64,000 nt of DNA from Phoronis australis (GCA_002633005.1 NMRA01000016.1:1-64000); one strand, 5' to 3'; shown: positions 27,070 to 40,498, numbered from the stretch's first letter. The notes: a model not told the origin generated them from the letters alone. Numbers and translations: made by a program.

Positions 27070-28289
27070 AATGACAGTTAGTATAGTTAATCCGTGGACA
27101 ATCACAACTTTTGAAATTCCTTCGTTGTCTGAGTAGATCCCGTGTAGGCCACCATCACTCTCGCTCTTCTTGTCAGTCTGGCTACGAGAGCCAGGGCAAC
27201 AAACAACGAAGGCCTGGTAACTTCCTTATCGTCAGACATCACGAACAAAAACACAAATAGGGTCGTCACAAAACCTTGGCCCACTTGGAAGCTCGTCCTC
27301 TATCATTCAGTTTTCAACTTCTGCGACAGAACACACGCCGGAGAATGCTTGAGAAGTTTTTACAACAACGGCATGTCCACAAGTGAATCAGGCGGGTGAG
27401 GGTTAAGCTGTCGAGGCGTGTCTATTGAGTCAGAGCATTTACCTGGCTTAAATGTTTACATTGTGTTGTATTCAGTGGACTACCCGATTGCATAATGGAA
27501 CTCGCAATGCATAACGCTATTTTGACTGTGAACCGCCGACTAAGGGGCTTCAGACTACATACACTGGACACTTAGACATGCTACGGTAAAATTTCATTGA
27601 TTTCGGGCGGTGAAAAATATTTATTTTTCCGTGTTTGAGCTTGTGTGATTTTGAAGAAACTCCGATGTATCGCGATCCGCCGATGTCCCAACTTGAAGAA
27701 ACTGCCCCAATCATGTTTAGAAAGTCGCGTGATATTCGGACTCCCCGGCATTTTGGGACAAAAATAAATATTAATAAAATTAAGTTTTCCGTGGTCCACG
27801 AAGCCGAAGTCTACAAAAGTCCCAAACTGTTTTTTCAATGGTCCACGAATTTCGGGCAAGGTCATAATGTCGGATTTCTGTCATGCGAATTTCGGACAAG
27901 GAAAAAAATGTGTAAGAAACCCTAAATTCCTGATCGATGCAACTCTCATGTCGCCAAGGGAGGGTTATTAATCTACATGGCTTGAGAATCGGTGTCAGTG
28001 GGAGTGTCGCAATCGTTGATCTGACTAGGCCTTTTCAGTTGCCGGTAGTCTGATCAATTAGTGGAACTCTCGACCGAGAATCAAATCAGGTGATATAAAT
28101 AGCAGCCATCTCCTCACACGACTTGGTCAAATTTGTAGTGAAAAGCTGTGACCAAAATTTTATGAGGAATTCAAATGTGGGTTTTGTTTTCGTCCACAAA
28201 AAGGGTGGAAAATGAAATCAAGCGTCTTTTTTTTCAAGCACCTCTTTCCCTGAGTCTGTCCTCAGGTTATCTCCAACCTTATTTATAGA

Positions 28290-28570
28290 GGCCTCTATTC
28301 TAACTCGTATATCAAAAAACTAAACTTTGTCAACTAGTAAAAGCATATATTTTCTGAAAGAAAAAAAGGGGAATACGAAAATACTTTTTGTATTAATGTA
28401 CCGTTATTATTTTTGCGTAAAAAACTTTCTTAAATCAAAATTTTATTTTTTAAGAAAGGTAGATTCATAGCAAAATAACCCCTCAAAAACTCTGTTATTT
28501 TCGATTACTGTTTTCGTTTGGTTTCTATGATCAACTCGCAAAACCTAAGGTAGCTTTGTAAAAAACGGAA
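28290..28570 (+). repeat. AT-rich DNA-transposon-derived dispersed repeat
   Basis: Diverged inverted match to 56805-57120 (e.g. TAAATCAAAATTTTATTTTT, GTTTGGTTTCTATGA). The start GGCCTCTATTCTAACTC recurs at about 57482. Confidence 0.65.
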
Positions 28571-29296
28571 GTCGTATTCGTCTTTGTTACGTTACACAAA
28601 AATAGACCTTTATATCGAAAATCCCAAAAAAAATTCAAGACTGGTGACTAAATATTAACTCTAGGAGCTTGCTAGAAACGCAATACTTTGCGAGATTATG
28701 CGAGATGTTGCCGTGTATTTTCAAGGAGAGCTTGATTTTTCTAGCCGCGATACAGCAATTAAAATCCATCCAAGACTCGACTGAAAGATAGCAGTCCGCT
28801 TAAGATTGTGAAGGACCTTAATCGACTGTAAATCAAATATCGAAAAAAATATCCATTGTATATATTTTTTGAACGGAGAAAAATCGCAGATTCTATAAAT
28901 ATGTTTCTTACTTCTTTATTTTTGTCACGTGATCACGTTTTTAATTCTAAAAACCAGGTGCAAGAAAGGTACATTCATACAAAAATAAACCGCAGCCGAT
29001 TTTACTAAAACTTTTTTAATGAGTACTTTACGTTATATCTCGAAAACTGTAATGGTTTTGCATTAAAATGCCTTGTCTTGTGTACCGAGCGTTATACGAA
29101 TAAGACCGCTGTTTTCTTACCAGAAATGTCTTGTGTTTGGCCTAAAACCCGACTTCAGTGAATAATCAAACATTTTTAACAGCGTTTTTGAGACATAACC
29201 TTCACTGGTAGGCCTCAGAAACACCAAAATCAGTTACCAAAACGTCTGACTGTATAGCATTTATTTTGAACACAATTATATTGTGTAATCTGGCGC

Positions 29297-29440
29297 GCGT
29301 TCAGTAACGCTAGGACCTACGTTAGGACCTAGCTAAATCTATTCGAAGTCACGTGCTCTCATTTAAAATATACAGTAACATCTCACGTAATCTTGCGAAG
29401 TCTTGGTTTTTAGCGAGTTCCTAGCGTTGAAAGGGAGGCC
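29297..29440. mobile_element. ~145-bp MITE family, copy 1
   Basis: Direct diverged copy of 30715-30857. Partial inverted copies lie at about 28655-28730 and 59000-59090. Confidence 0.75.
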
Positions 29441-30714
29441 GATTTACAATTGCAATCGTCATACAGCGTCAGATGGCTAGTAGCGTAACAGCAGGGAAGT
29501 CGTGGTCAGGAGCTGGAAGTGCCAGCTTCTTGAATTTGCGTCAGTTTTGACACCGTTTTCTGTGCTTGGTTTCGTTTTCGGTGGAGGTGAATTGAAAGGG
29601 ACAAAATGCGAACAAGAATAAAATCTTTGTGCTCTCTTACAGAAAAACTCATGCACGCACCCAGCCTAAAACATGGGATTTTTTGTTTTGTTTTCTACTT
29701 CTGAGTTTTTGTTTCTCTGAAGCGGATTTTTATCCACTTTGCCAACTGAGGAGCTCGTTCGAGCCTCCAGACTCCCCCCGCTCCCTTCCCCCTAGGTGCG
29801 TGCAGGATTGATCTAAGGCAAGGTAAAAACTGAAGTGTCTTATTTCTAACATACGTGTACCGTCTGTCATAGAGGTAGGTACCGTACCGCCAACCGGTTT
29901 TCGATAACTGTATAATGCCCTAGTTAAGGTCACAATCATACTTACATTGGTCAACAATACTTGGTAAAGTTTCCATGTGTTCGCAATTTATTTCTAAGCA
30001 CTCATCGCGGCAGCATGTCAACATTTTGTCGTGACGAGAATACATGTACGTGTAGGTGCAATGGCGGATAGTAGTGAGTTTTTAAATTACGACGACTCAG
30101 AGAGAGAGCTTGACGAGTATTATGAAGACAGTAGTAGAGGTGGGAGTGAAGACTACACTCAGGCCATAGGTAAAGAGTTACACCTCGCCATACTGGACAG
30201 ACTTCGCGTGTTTGAGGCCATACGAACTCAACCCTCCTACACATGCGTCTTCGGCGAGTGAAGCAGTGTTGGAGCCTACACATGTACCGGGTACCGTACA
30301 CATTTTGCGGACAGTCCTGATGTCACGATGCTATTAAAGCCTTTTATTGAATCACGATATACTTTTCTAACCACTTCAGTGTCGATTAGTATGTGTCTGC
30401 AATACTGTAAATTTAACCAAAATTTTTACCCCAACGGTAAAGTCCAGTTGGGAATAACCGCGGACGTTGATTTAATTCCTTCGAATGCCTTGCGCGTTTG
30501 TCAAGGACGATCATATTTAATTATATTATAGTGGTGCTAATTGGATTTTAATTCAGGTAAATGATATTCGTTTCTGTTTTGTCTGTTCTAAAATTATGAA
30601 GGCTTTGCACCGTTGTGATTTGTCGATTACAGAATTTCGGTCCAGGGTCTGACTCCGGCTTCAGTGCCAGCCACGGTCGTGACCTCAAACTACTATTGCG
30701 CATTGACGTAGCGT

Positions 30715-30857
30715 GCGTTCAGTAGACGCTAGGACCTACGCTAGGACCTAGCTAAAACCTAGTCAAAGTTACGTGCTCTCATTTAACAAGCACGGCTATA
30801 TCTCACGCAAACTCGCGAAGTCTTGATTTTTAGCGAGGTTCTAGCGTTACTGAACGG
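30715..30857. mobile_element. ~145-bp MITE family, copy 2
   Basis: Terminal inverted repeats CGTTCAGTA(G)ACGCTAGGACCT and AGGTTCTAGCGTTACTGAACG. Confidence 0.8.
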
Positions 30858-30984
30858 GAGGCTGTATGAATAGCATGTATTCCCACAAAATCTGAAGCAT
30901 TCATTATCTCAGTCACAATTTGATGCTGATACTCATATGCAACTTACGCGTCTGACAACTACGTGTACATTCCCAGTAATACAT

Positions 30985-31148
30985 ATAGATTATTACATGG
31001 CGAAGTCGTTATCCCCTGTTATCTAGAGCCCGAGTGGATTTTGGAGAATTATCGCCCGAGGGGCGTTAGCCCCGAGGGTGATAATTCTCCAAAAGCCACG
31101 AGGGCTCTAGATAAGGGGGATAACGGCTGAGAACATGTAATAATCTAT
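30985..31148. repeat. 164-nt imperfect palindrome (long hairpin)
   Basis: Paired arms ATAGATTATTACATG/CATGTAATAATCTAT, TTATCTAGAGCCC/GGGCTCTAGATAA and TTTTGGAGAATTATC/GATAATTCTCCAAAA. The apex is GGGGC-GTTA-GCCCC. Confidence 0.95.
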
Positions 31149-31694
31149 TTATACTACATACTAAACGAGAAACATTGCAATGAATCGATTTACCTTTTCT
31201 GACTCTCCACGGCTTTGTAACTACTTTCTATGTCAGAGGCCCGGGGTCGGAGGTCGTGACCTTTTAAGAAAAGCCGGGCTATTTTTGTCAAATAATGCTT
31301 TTACTCAAAACCAATTGAAAACTTAAATATAATAGAAATAAACTGAATTTATAAATTAAGGTTTACCAACTATTATAGCTTAAAACACGTTTTTTTCACG
31401 CTAAGCTTCGACCGGGAAATTATCGTCTGCTAAAGTAGGTTACCACTGGTAACTGAATATAATTCTCAAGCCAAAGATCCTGACGACACGATACCCGCAT
31501 TCAAACTGGAGATCGGTGATTTACAAGTAAGAGGACATGAGAGAAATATTTCATTGAATTAAGATATCATTTTTATGGAAATTATGTGTCTTATTTCTCG
31601 TAGCGTATACGTACAGTACAATGCGGTTTGTTGAACGTGCGATTATTGCGCGTGCTCATTTAAGTATTATATTTTCACTCTTGATGACGTCAGC

Positions 31695-31766
31695 TGCTGC
31701 GTGGTGTAGTGGTTAAGGTCGGCGACCAGCAAACTCAAGGTTCCGGGTTCGACTCCGTCCTCGGTT
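31695..31766 (+). promoter_or_regulatory. tRNA-derived RNA Pol III internal promoter (SINE-head-like; not a functional tRNA)
   Basis: A box TGGTGTAGTGG (31702-31712) and B box GGTTCGACTCC (31746-31756) at tRNA spacing. The acceptor and T stems do not pair properly. Confidence 0.7.
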
Positions 31767-32089
31767 TCCCGCCAAATCGTTATCTCACTAGTGAGATAAC
31801 TTTATGGGTTATTACACGGTTGTATCTGTCGTTTGACGCCAATATTGTGGTATAAAACACAATACACCTTTCTCCATCAAATGCATTTTCACGTCGGAAA
31901 AAACTTTAGCTCAGCGTGGCCTCTGGCTTGTTCGACCGTGCTGCCACACCAGTGTCTGATGCACGAATCTGTGCCATTTCTGGACGATCTTAGGGTCTTT
32001 TGGAAACCTGAAATATTGTCTGCATCCTCCAAACATGATACGTTTCATAATACTCGCAGTCGAACTCGGTTTTCGACCACTACGGTGGT

Positions 32090-32740
32090 CGTCTTAAGCA
32101 GAAGCCATGAAGTCAACGCTTACTTTAAACCCATTAACATTCTTCGCACTCAGCTAGACAAACCCAAGGACGTCACCACACTTGAGCAGCAATCAAGTGT
32201 TGTCTATCAGATCCATTGTGACCAAGATCCTTTTTAACCAAACGAGCTCTTTACACCTGCTTTGCAGAACACAAAAGAATGATAAAGCAACTAGTGCTGT
32301 AAGTGACCACTTAGTTCCATCTGGCCACACCACCACTATGGACAATACAAGAGTTTTATCCAGAGATTAACATTGGCACTCCTGCTAGATGAAAACGTCT
32401 ATCGATATCAAACAGTGTAACGCCCCACGAAACCGTGACCAATGTTGTGTATTGACAATACTATTTGTGGTTTTTCATTAGCACTTAGTCACGTACGTGA
32501 TATTTACGCCACAGGTCACGTGCTCGACCCAGTCTTGTATTAGTTCTCCAAGTGAATAGACGTATTATATTTTACTCTCATCTGTGTTGTTTTACTGGTT
32601 CTCCGAACACAATAACTGCAACTTCCTCCTGTTTACGATCAAGTGTTACATGTACTTCCGGTTTCACAACGGCAGAAAGAACATTCATGTGACCAAAGGC
32701 TTGAGCTGCAGGCTTGAAACGTTATGCTGTGATAACCAAA
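32090..32740 (+). mobile_element. Penelope-like retroelement remnant (GIY-YIG endonuclease region and 3' end)
   Basis: VNAYFKPINILRTQLDKPKD...SSVVYQIHC and SAVSDHLVPSGHTTTMDNTRVLSRD resemble the Penelope C-terminal region. The sequence is broken by stops and frameshifts. Confidence 0.75.
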
Positions 32741-33254
32741 TGTCTTCTAGTGAGTAATATTCCCGTTCTTACAAGACATATATTGAATCGTGAGAACGTT
32801 TTGGGGCATCATATAAAACTGTCTGGATTTCATCAATTTTAGATTTACTTCAGCCTGTGCATTTGACTTCCCTGAAGTGTGATCTATTCTTACAAGATAT
32901 ACTTTTAATTATCAAAAATTTTCCATGAATCAGTCGTTTTTCGTAGACACATCAAATCTAAATGGTAAACCAGAAAGCAGATAATTTTCTCTTCATCAAA
33001 ACACAATATTGTCCGTTCCCTAGGGTATCCTAGCATATTCATGACAAGAAACTGACGGGGGTGGGCATGTCATCCCGCGGGATTTGTGATTCCCTCCAAT
33101 GAATGTTTTTCCAAATTATCTGTGTTAACGTGTATTTTTTTATATTCCAGATGTAGATAAATCATGGTTTATGAGTTAAACATGAACTCCAAAATTCCCT
33201 GAAATTTTTATTTTTGCTTGCCAGAACAAGTACATGCAAAATAGTTCAAGTACC

Positions 33255-33700
33255 TTTAAAGGATACCACCCGATTTATTTCGCTTTTTCACAGTCTTATT
33301 CGGTCTACAACTGCATCACCTCGTATACGGTCGATCTCACCTCGCCGAGAGTTGTCGCGTTATCCTGTGAGGAAGGTGAATACATGACGCAGCGACGTCA
33401 GTGGTTCTTCAGCTGAGTGTGTGCCACTATGGCATCGTTACTGCTAGTGCGAACCATGAAGCGTCGAGGAAAGCGGGTGTATTTTTTCGGTTTTTTCGAG
33501 TATCTGAAATGCTTCGGAAGTGTTTCGCAGCAACAAAGCATGACAAGCACACCCTTAATATCAAGCATGAGGACGTGAAATATGTCCGTCTCTGTGGCCG
33601 CCATTGTTCAAAATGTGTTATTCTCACCCCAACCAATGTTAAATATAACAGAAACAAAGTGTCTCAAAAGACTGTCTCAGTAGACAGCATGTAAATCATT
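33255..33700 (+). mobile_element. THAP-domain remnant with a Kolobok-like left end
   Basis: TTAA-AGGATACCACCC end at about 33256. The translation ...GVFFRFFRVSEMLRKCFAATK...YVRLCGRHC resembles a decayed THAP zinc finger (FxFP...W...LCxxHF). Confidence 0.45.
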
Positions 33701-36223
33701 TGGTGTGTTTGTATGGTCAAGTGTTTTGAGAAACCATGCGTTGAGTTATCGGCTTCTGAGATGCAACTGACAGCCGAGGCACCCGAGGCCGTGTGAACGC
33801 ATACTAAATCAGTTTGCAGACAGAATGCCGTTTTGAACCAATTACTCGATTTTTATGCTATGGTCAGACGTTAAGAGAGTTTTTATTTATGTGTATTTAT
33901 ACATTATTCTCATCATTGCTATGGTACACATGTTGCCCTGTTCTTTGGAAGGGGAATTGAACCTGGCTTTACGGCCGCCAAAAGGCAAGTGGATTTGCAA
34001 TAGGGTTTTTACCAGAATATTCCCGTGCACATTATTCCTTTGGTTCACCAATTTAGTGTTTTGGAGACTGGAAGTTTAATGTTCAACTCTGGCAGCCGAC
34101 TAACCCGGGTGGTTTATGTTTGTGATGTCTCTAGTCGGGCCGCCGGCAACGAGCCCACTCGGGTTCCGAGGCAGTGGGATACAACGCGCGTTTTGTGTAT
34201 TTAGAACTGATAAAATTAGTAACTCTAAAATTGCAACAAACGGCTATGCTCTCCTGTCAGTTTTTCACGAAAAAATAATTCTAATTTATCACCGAACACA
34301 TCCAAACTTACCACGACCGACCTCGGTCAGTTGTGATACCGAAATTGGCTACGGTACGTTCAAAATTTCTATAAATCCGTAACAGTGAAATGAAAGAACT
34401 CGTTTGTTTAAAAACTCGATGTGTTTGTATGAGTTTTATATCGAATTCTGATGATTTATTGGTGTAAAGCCTTGAAGTCAAGCGAAAAGCTGACACCACT
34501 ATGCATGTTGTGAACTGCTGAACAGACTGTGTTAGAACCTATGACGTTATTGGTTAATTCCAGCACCCCAGCCTGCCGTCTGGTGTCAGGTAAAAGAACT
34601 GTTCGGTCTATATTGATACAAAATACGTTGTTTCTTGGCAGCATTTTCCTTTAATCCTTTAAACATGTACTGAGTACATGGCCATCAAAGTCATACCCCG
34701 GACAATCTGTTTGGAACGTGCCTGCTTCTTTCAACTCCTAGTAACGATATTTAAAACAAATACTATTCTCTCGATAATATGCGAGAAGTAAGACATGTTA
34801 TCGCCACAAGGAATTCCCATCATGCATCTTCGCAGTTGTTGGTGTTTCAGTTTGCTAATGTGAAATTAATACCATGAAATCTAGCTACACTGTAAATAAC
34901 CTCAATTTTGTGCCAACTAGTCGTGATTAGTCATTTCCAAGTTACCCGTCAAATGAAGTAGTGGGTGGACGACGTTTGGTCACTTGATAATCAATTGCAA
35001 TGGCGAAACACAGCAGATCAGAGGACGAGGAAGGTTTTGAGCCAGAACTGGACAATAATTGTGGAAACAGAGAGGAGTGTGGATACGGGCAGAACACACA
35101 AGTACTTGAATAATCGGACAACGACTTCGATATATCACTTAGCGAACCTTCGTCGGCTTTGAGGCCGTATGAACTCGACCTACTTGCATGAGAAATGCTG
35201 CAGACTTATGTGATCCACAACCAAGGGGTGGTCAGTACACTTGATAATCACTGAAAAAGGCCACACTAAACCTTGGTCACTCGTATTCACTACTGCCATG
35301 ATGGAATGAGCCTGTGGCACGGTCTAAATACTAAGTACATACATGTACAATCATAGACTATTTTATGATACAATGCAAAAGCCTACGTGACGTAGCACTC
35401 GATCTAGGCCGGGGTCGAGTGCCTGGCATCACTCACCCTAAAATGGAAGCAGTTTGCTCATTATTTATAAAACTTGAAAATACACTTACAACGTGGCGAG
35501 TCCTTCAACGTAACGTCACTTTTGTATTTGTTCGAACTACGATTCCCTGGAATGTGCCAAACAAAGTGTGGCTCCCTACTATACAGTCGCATGTTCCACA
35601 CTGACATTCCACACTCTAGTGCAGCGCACAAGCTGGTGCAAATTCTGTGTAACTTTTACTTATTTAGGAAATGTGAACACAGACACGCTCTCCTTCAAGT
35701 TACTGTTACTATACTTTCCACAAACTCACCTTTTCATATCTGAATGAGGCGGCTGTCAGCCGACTTTTCTCGCAACTCCTCAGTATCGCACTGGTATAAA
35801 CAACAACGGCGGAGACGGTTCTACACGATAACAGAAAGATATTATTTTTAATTTTGGCTTGTTTTTGGCAACAGGTATACTAAAGGCTATTAAATCTCTT
35901 AAGATGTATTAATAAAATTGTCTTTGAGACACAGGGTCATGGTGGGAACTCCTTAAAGTCATTGGAAATAGTCTACAGGACATTTTCTTCAAGTTCTTCA
36001 AACATTCCATCCTTTCGACGGAGGTTTATCCTGTTACAATTTTCAATACATCCATTTTTGGTTATTTGGGCCGAAAACTTTGATAGCGACGTGCTTTAAA
36101 CGAATTTGTTTCATTTTTGTGGATGAATTTGGTATCTTATATTCCTCAGCTGAGTTGACAGTGCAGGATTTATAAAGGCGCAAAAAGAAATTACTCAGGA
36201 CCGCCTCTCGGGGAGAGGACCAG

Positions 36224-36471
36224 GGGCCCGTTCCAACAAAACTCACTTAGCTAAGACAAATTCTAAATTTTAGTAAATTTTAAAATAAAAGTTAAATTTG
36301 TCTCAAAACCAATTCAAGAAAGACGTCTTAAGTTTGAATTAACTGTGTTACGTAAGTTTTGTCTTTAACTTCACTAACTAATAGAATGTGGAAGTTTCAA
36401 AGTTCGGAATTTAAAACAAATCTTAAACTTAAGTCAAAAATGAACTTAAGTCAATTTCTTGGAACAGGCCC
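36224..36471. mobile_element. ~250-bp MITE (PIF/Harbinger-like termini), copy 1
   Basis: Terminal inverted repeats GGGCCCGTTCCAA and TTGGAACAGGCCC, with CTTAAG-rich internal repeats. A second copy lies at 56517-56764. Confidence 0.8.
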
Positions 36472-38162
36472 CTTGTCTGTAAAGCTACCCTGAGTATGAA
36501 AGGCTAAATATCATTAAAGTAAGAGAGCGATTGTTAGTTCCATCATTGCCTGCAGAGTAAATTACAATTTGTAATGGGCTGCAGATTGCACGTTCGGTAA
36601 ACTCTCGCGGGATTGGAGACATGACCAAAGTAACATCAACGGCGTAAGGTTATCAAAGCGCCTTGCATGTTTCATTACAATAATATCCTCAGGCTATTTT
36701 ATACGCTAATTGTTATTGAAAATGCCACGCAATATGTTATGCATTAAGCTTAACTCATTGCCGTTGTCAAACGATGCTTTTGAAGTCACGAAACAACCCA
36801 AGTTCTGCAGTTTTGACGTTTTGTTTTAAAGGGGACACTCTGGTTTGAGCCACCGCATCGCCAGTTTGCGCTGACACTGGAGGTTTTGCCTGCGACGGCA
36901 GCACGTGTTGGAACCTTCCTCAATTCTGTACTCTTGCAACGCTACGATGCAGTGGAGTTCAATTTTACAAATTCTTGTTTGGGGCCCATTCTGTTGCTTA
37001 GGTAAGTTTTTTTGTTTTCAGACGAGTAAATAGGAACGAAGTTAATCTAATTCAACTTGCAGTAAAACACACGACTTATAAATCGTTGGCGAAAGTCTGT
37101 CACCTACCAAACCTCTCAGAATCTTTACTACCCAGTACAGTGTACATGTAGCTGCAGATTATTCATTGAACTGCTATACAAACTAGTGCAAAAATTATGA
37201 TTATTAGTAGATCGTACAAACTTTTACCGCATTTCAAACATTCAAGGCCCAGACCACAAATTATCCTTTGTGACAAACGACTAATAATATGGAGGTACAT
37301 TTCTTTATTCAGCGATAATTATCTCTTGCAAAGTTGAGAGCACTCGTGTTAATCCGGCACTACACTTGACAAGAGCGGTTGTCAGTGGCAACTCACACCC
37401 TTTGATTTGCATCTCTCGCAGTATCACACGCTTATTGCGTGATGTGGCTTTGATCTCGGAACCTTGTGGAAATATTCTATTTAGAGTTTTTGGTTTTTTG
37501 ATTTTTTGAGGCATCAAAACTGACCCAGAAAGTTACAGGGTCCAAAAACACTTCACTCTCAAACAATGGCTCACATAACACGGCGTTCATCCTAATTGAT
37601 ACGGGTTTAGGTGAATTATCAAAGGATAGTATTACGTAACCCATTTGCTGATGACTAATGAATATTGCATACGCTAATGTCAGTATTTCCCCAATGACTT
37701 TTGTACTTTAACGCAGAACAGGGAAGTGGAAATAGAGGGTCTCGTTTGTTAAACAGTCTCCACTCATCTGAACAAAGATGTAAGGTACTTCAAAGACATA
37801 AAGGAAAACAGATGGCGTCGTATGGGTTTCGCAAGCTATTGTTTAAGTTGCAAGATCCATGCGACGGGTGTACGCGTGTCGCATGGTCAACGCCAAAACG
37901 CTACAATTGCACGGATATGATGGTACCTTGGGCGCACGCCATTCAGTTACTGATTAATGCATACCATTATCTTTATTGTAAGCAAAAAAAAACAAAGTGA
38001 ACAATGGATACGGTTCTCTACCGATATCTATGCGACGAGCTTGCGACCTAGTTTCCCTAGGCTACCGAATTATCTCGAAAGTTACTGCCGACGCATTAAT
38101 ATTGACGAAGTGAAAACTGGGCTAAGCTAAGTTACAGACAGACGTGGACACTGTGACTGAAT

Positions 38163-40244
38163 CGTCAAAATTCTCGGCAGCACAAGCAAAAAAATATTAT
38201 TCCGAACTGAAAAAATGCCAGGGACCACAGTTTTGTTATCTTTCACCACTTCTCCTAGAAAAATATATATGAAAATGACCGCACGCCACGATAAAGTGGC
38301 CAAGGCTAAGGTAGGCCTTCTTTTCGACCACAAACGACGAAAAAGTGAAAAGCCTGTAGAATTCGATGTTTGAATTGTTAACGCTGTGTTGGGTCATGTG
38401 ACCATATCTTTTTGGTGAGATTAAGCAAAAAAAGGTTCGAGGTGAAATCTCAAAAAACCGTAAGTGTTATAATTATTAAAACAATTTCTTTTTCGCTTGG
38501 TTCAGCTTCCGATTTTTCACAGAAATCAAAAAAGTTTTATATTTGCGTTACCCCTCTCTCAAAAGTGGAACATTTTAAAAGCAAATCTTAGCAGGCCGTT
38601 GGAGAAAAGTTGCTTAAAACAGTTTATGAAAGTTTCATGTGACTCCAGTCAGCCATTTCTGAGATGTGATGCTCCAAATTTGTCCAAATCAGAACTTACA
38701 TTTTTCTAGGGTGTGACATACATTTACTGGTGGACAGATATAAGGGACGTTTTCACTGATGTTATTGATGGCCCAATTGCCTTGATATCCTACATGTACA
38801 GTATTCCTTAGAAAGGACAGTTCCTTGCTTATAGCATGGGCGGCAACAGGTGTGATAGGTGATTGGGACTTCCCATGTCAACGCGATGACTTGACATGTT
38901 CTTTTCTCACAATACCCACGGGGCGTTTACTGTTGTACTGTTGTTCTGCTGGCTGCTTCTGATTCCTTTGCATACATGTACTGACACAGTCACGGTAGTG
39001 ACGTCACGTCGTCATAGCTTGGAGTAGTTCAGATGGTTACGTTATTCTGACATTGTTGACAGAGTGGGAGACTGGTGAGACCGACTCCACCAGGTTATCC
39101 TTTTGTCGTATCCTGATTCAAGACACTTTTACCAGCCACCAACTCATACAAATGAAAATTTTAATCTAATAGTGTAATTTTATCATTCTGAGCACTGGTN
39201 CGTCAAAATTCTCAGCAGCACAAGCAAAAAATATTATTCCGAACTGAAAAAATGCCAGGGACCACAGTTTTGTTATCTTTCACCACTTCTCCTAGAAAAA
39301 TATATATGAAAATGACCGCACGTCACGATAAAGGGGCCAAGGCTAAGGTAGGCCTTCTTTTCGACCACAAACGACGAAAAAGTGAAAGTAGAATTCGATG
39401 TTTGAATTGTTAACGCTGTGTTGGTAATTGGGTCATGTGACCATATCTTTTTGGTGAGATTAAGCAAAAAAAGGTTCGAGGTGAAATCTCAAAAAACCGT
39501 AAGTGTTATAATTATTAAAACAATTTCTTTTTCGCTTGGTTCAGCTTCCGATTTTTCACAGAAATCAAAAAAGTTCTATATTTGCGTTACCCCTCTCTCA
39601 AAAGTGGAACATTTTAAAAGCAAATCTTAGCAGGCCGTTGGAGAAAAGTTGCTTAAAACAGTTTATGAAAGTTTCATGTGACTCCAGTCAGCCATTTCTG
39701 AGATGTGATGCTCCAAATTTGTCCAGATCAGAACTTACATTTTTCTAGGGTCTGACATACATTTCCTGGTGGACAGATACATGTATAAGGGACGTTTTCA
39801 CTGATGTTAATGATGGCCCAATTGCCTTGATATCCTACATGTACAGTATTCCTTAGAAAGGACAGTTCGTTGCTTATATCATGGGCGGCAACAGGTGTGA
39901 TAGGTGATTGGGACTTCACATGTCAACGCGATGACTTGACATGTTCTTTTCTCACAATACCCACGGGGCGTTTACTGTTGTACTGTTGTTCTGCTGGCTG
40001 CTTCTGATTCCTTTGCATACATGTACTGACACAGTCACGGTAGTGACGTCACGTCGTCATAGCTTGGAGTAGTTCAGATGGTTACGTTATTCTGACATTG
40101 TTGACAGAGTGGGAGACTGGTGAGACCGACTCCACCAGGTTATCCTTTTGTCGTATCCTGATTCAAGACACTTTTACCAGCCACCAACTCATACAAATGA
40201 AAATTTTAATCTAATAGTGTAATTTTATCATTCTGAGCACTGGT
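38163..40244. repeat. ~1.04-kb tandem duplication split by a single N (probable haplotype/assembly overlap)
   Basis: 38163-39199 matches 39201-40244 with few SNPs/indels. The N is at 39200. Confidence 0.95.
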
Positions 40245-40498
40245 ACTGGTAACCAAACGCTGACATTTTTGTATCTGTGCCATTAGGCTATCAAACTCTT
40301 CTAATGTTTTTAAGCATAACGGCAAACGACAAATCGCAATTTCAGGAAAGACTTCAGTAAATTAATGTTTGATGGGTTAGTCTTTGTCGATCAGTGAATG
40401 ACAACTTGATTGACACTTTTCTCAGAGACTAGCTCTTGCTAAATGACGTAAAATTCATGGCTTACTGTACGTAAACACTAGCATGCTATCTGTTGCAG

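Noticed and set aside
31695-31766. Functional tRNA gene
   Set aside because: A/B boxes are present, but the acceptor, anticodon and T stems do not form a proper cloverleaf.
34930-35340. Possible RTE-like LINE/SINE tail
   Set aside because: Only vague resemblance, with no diagnostic motif.
38497-39748. Duplicated 70-aa ORFs (also the 77-aa pair at 44462/45529) as a small gene family
   Set aside because: They have non-ATG starts and no recognisable domain, and they lie in probable assembly duplications.
40079-40119. Candidate small upstream exon of the fibrinogen-domain gene (DGYVILTLLTEWET)
   Set aside because: It is phase-compatible, but the acceptor is weak and there is no homology support.
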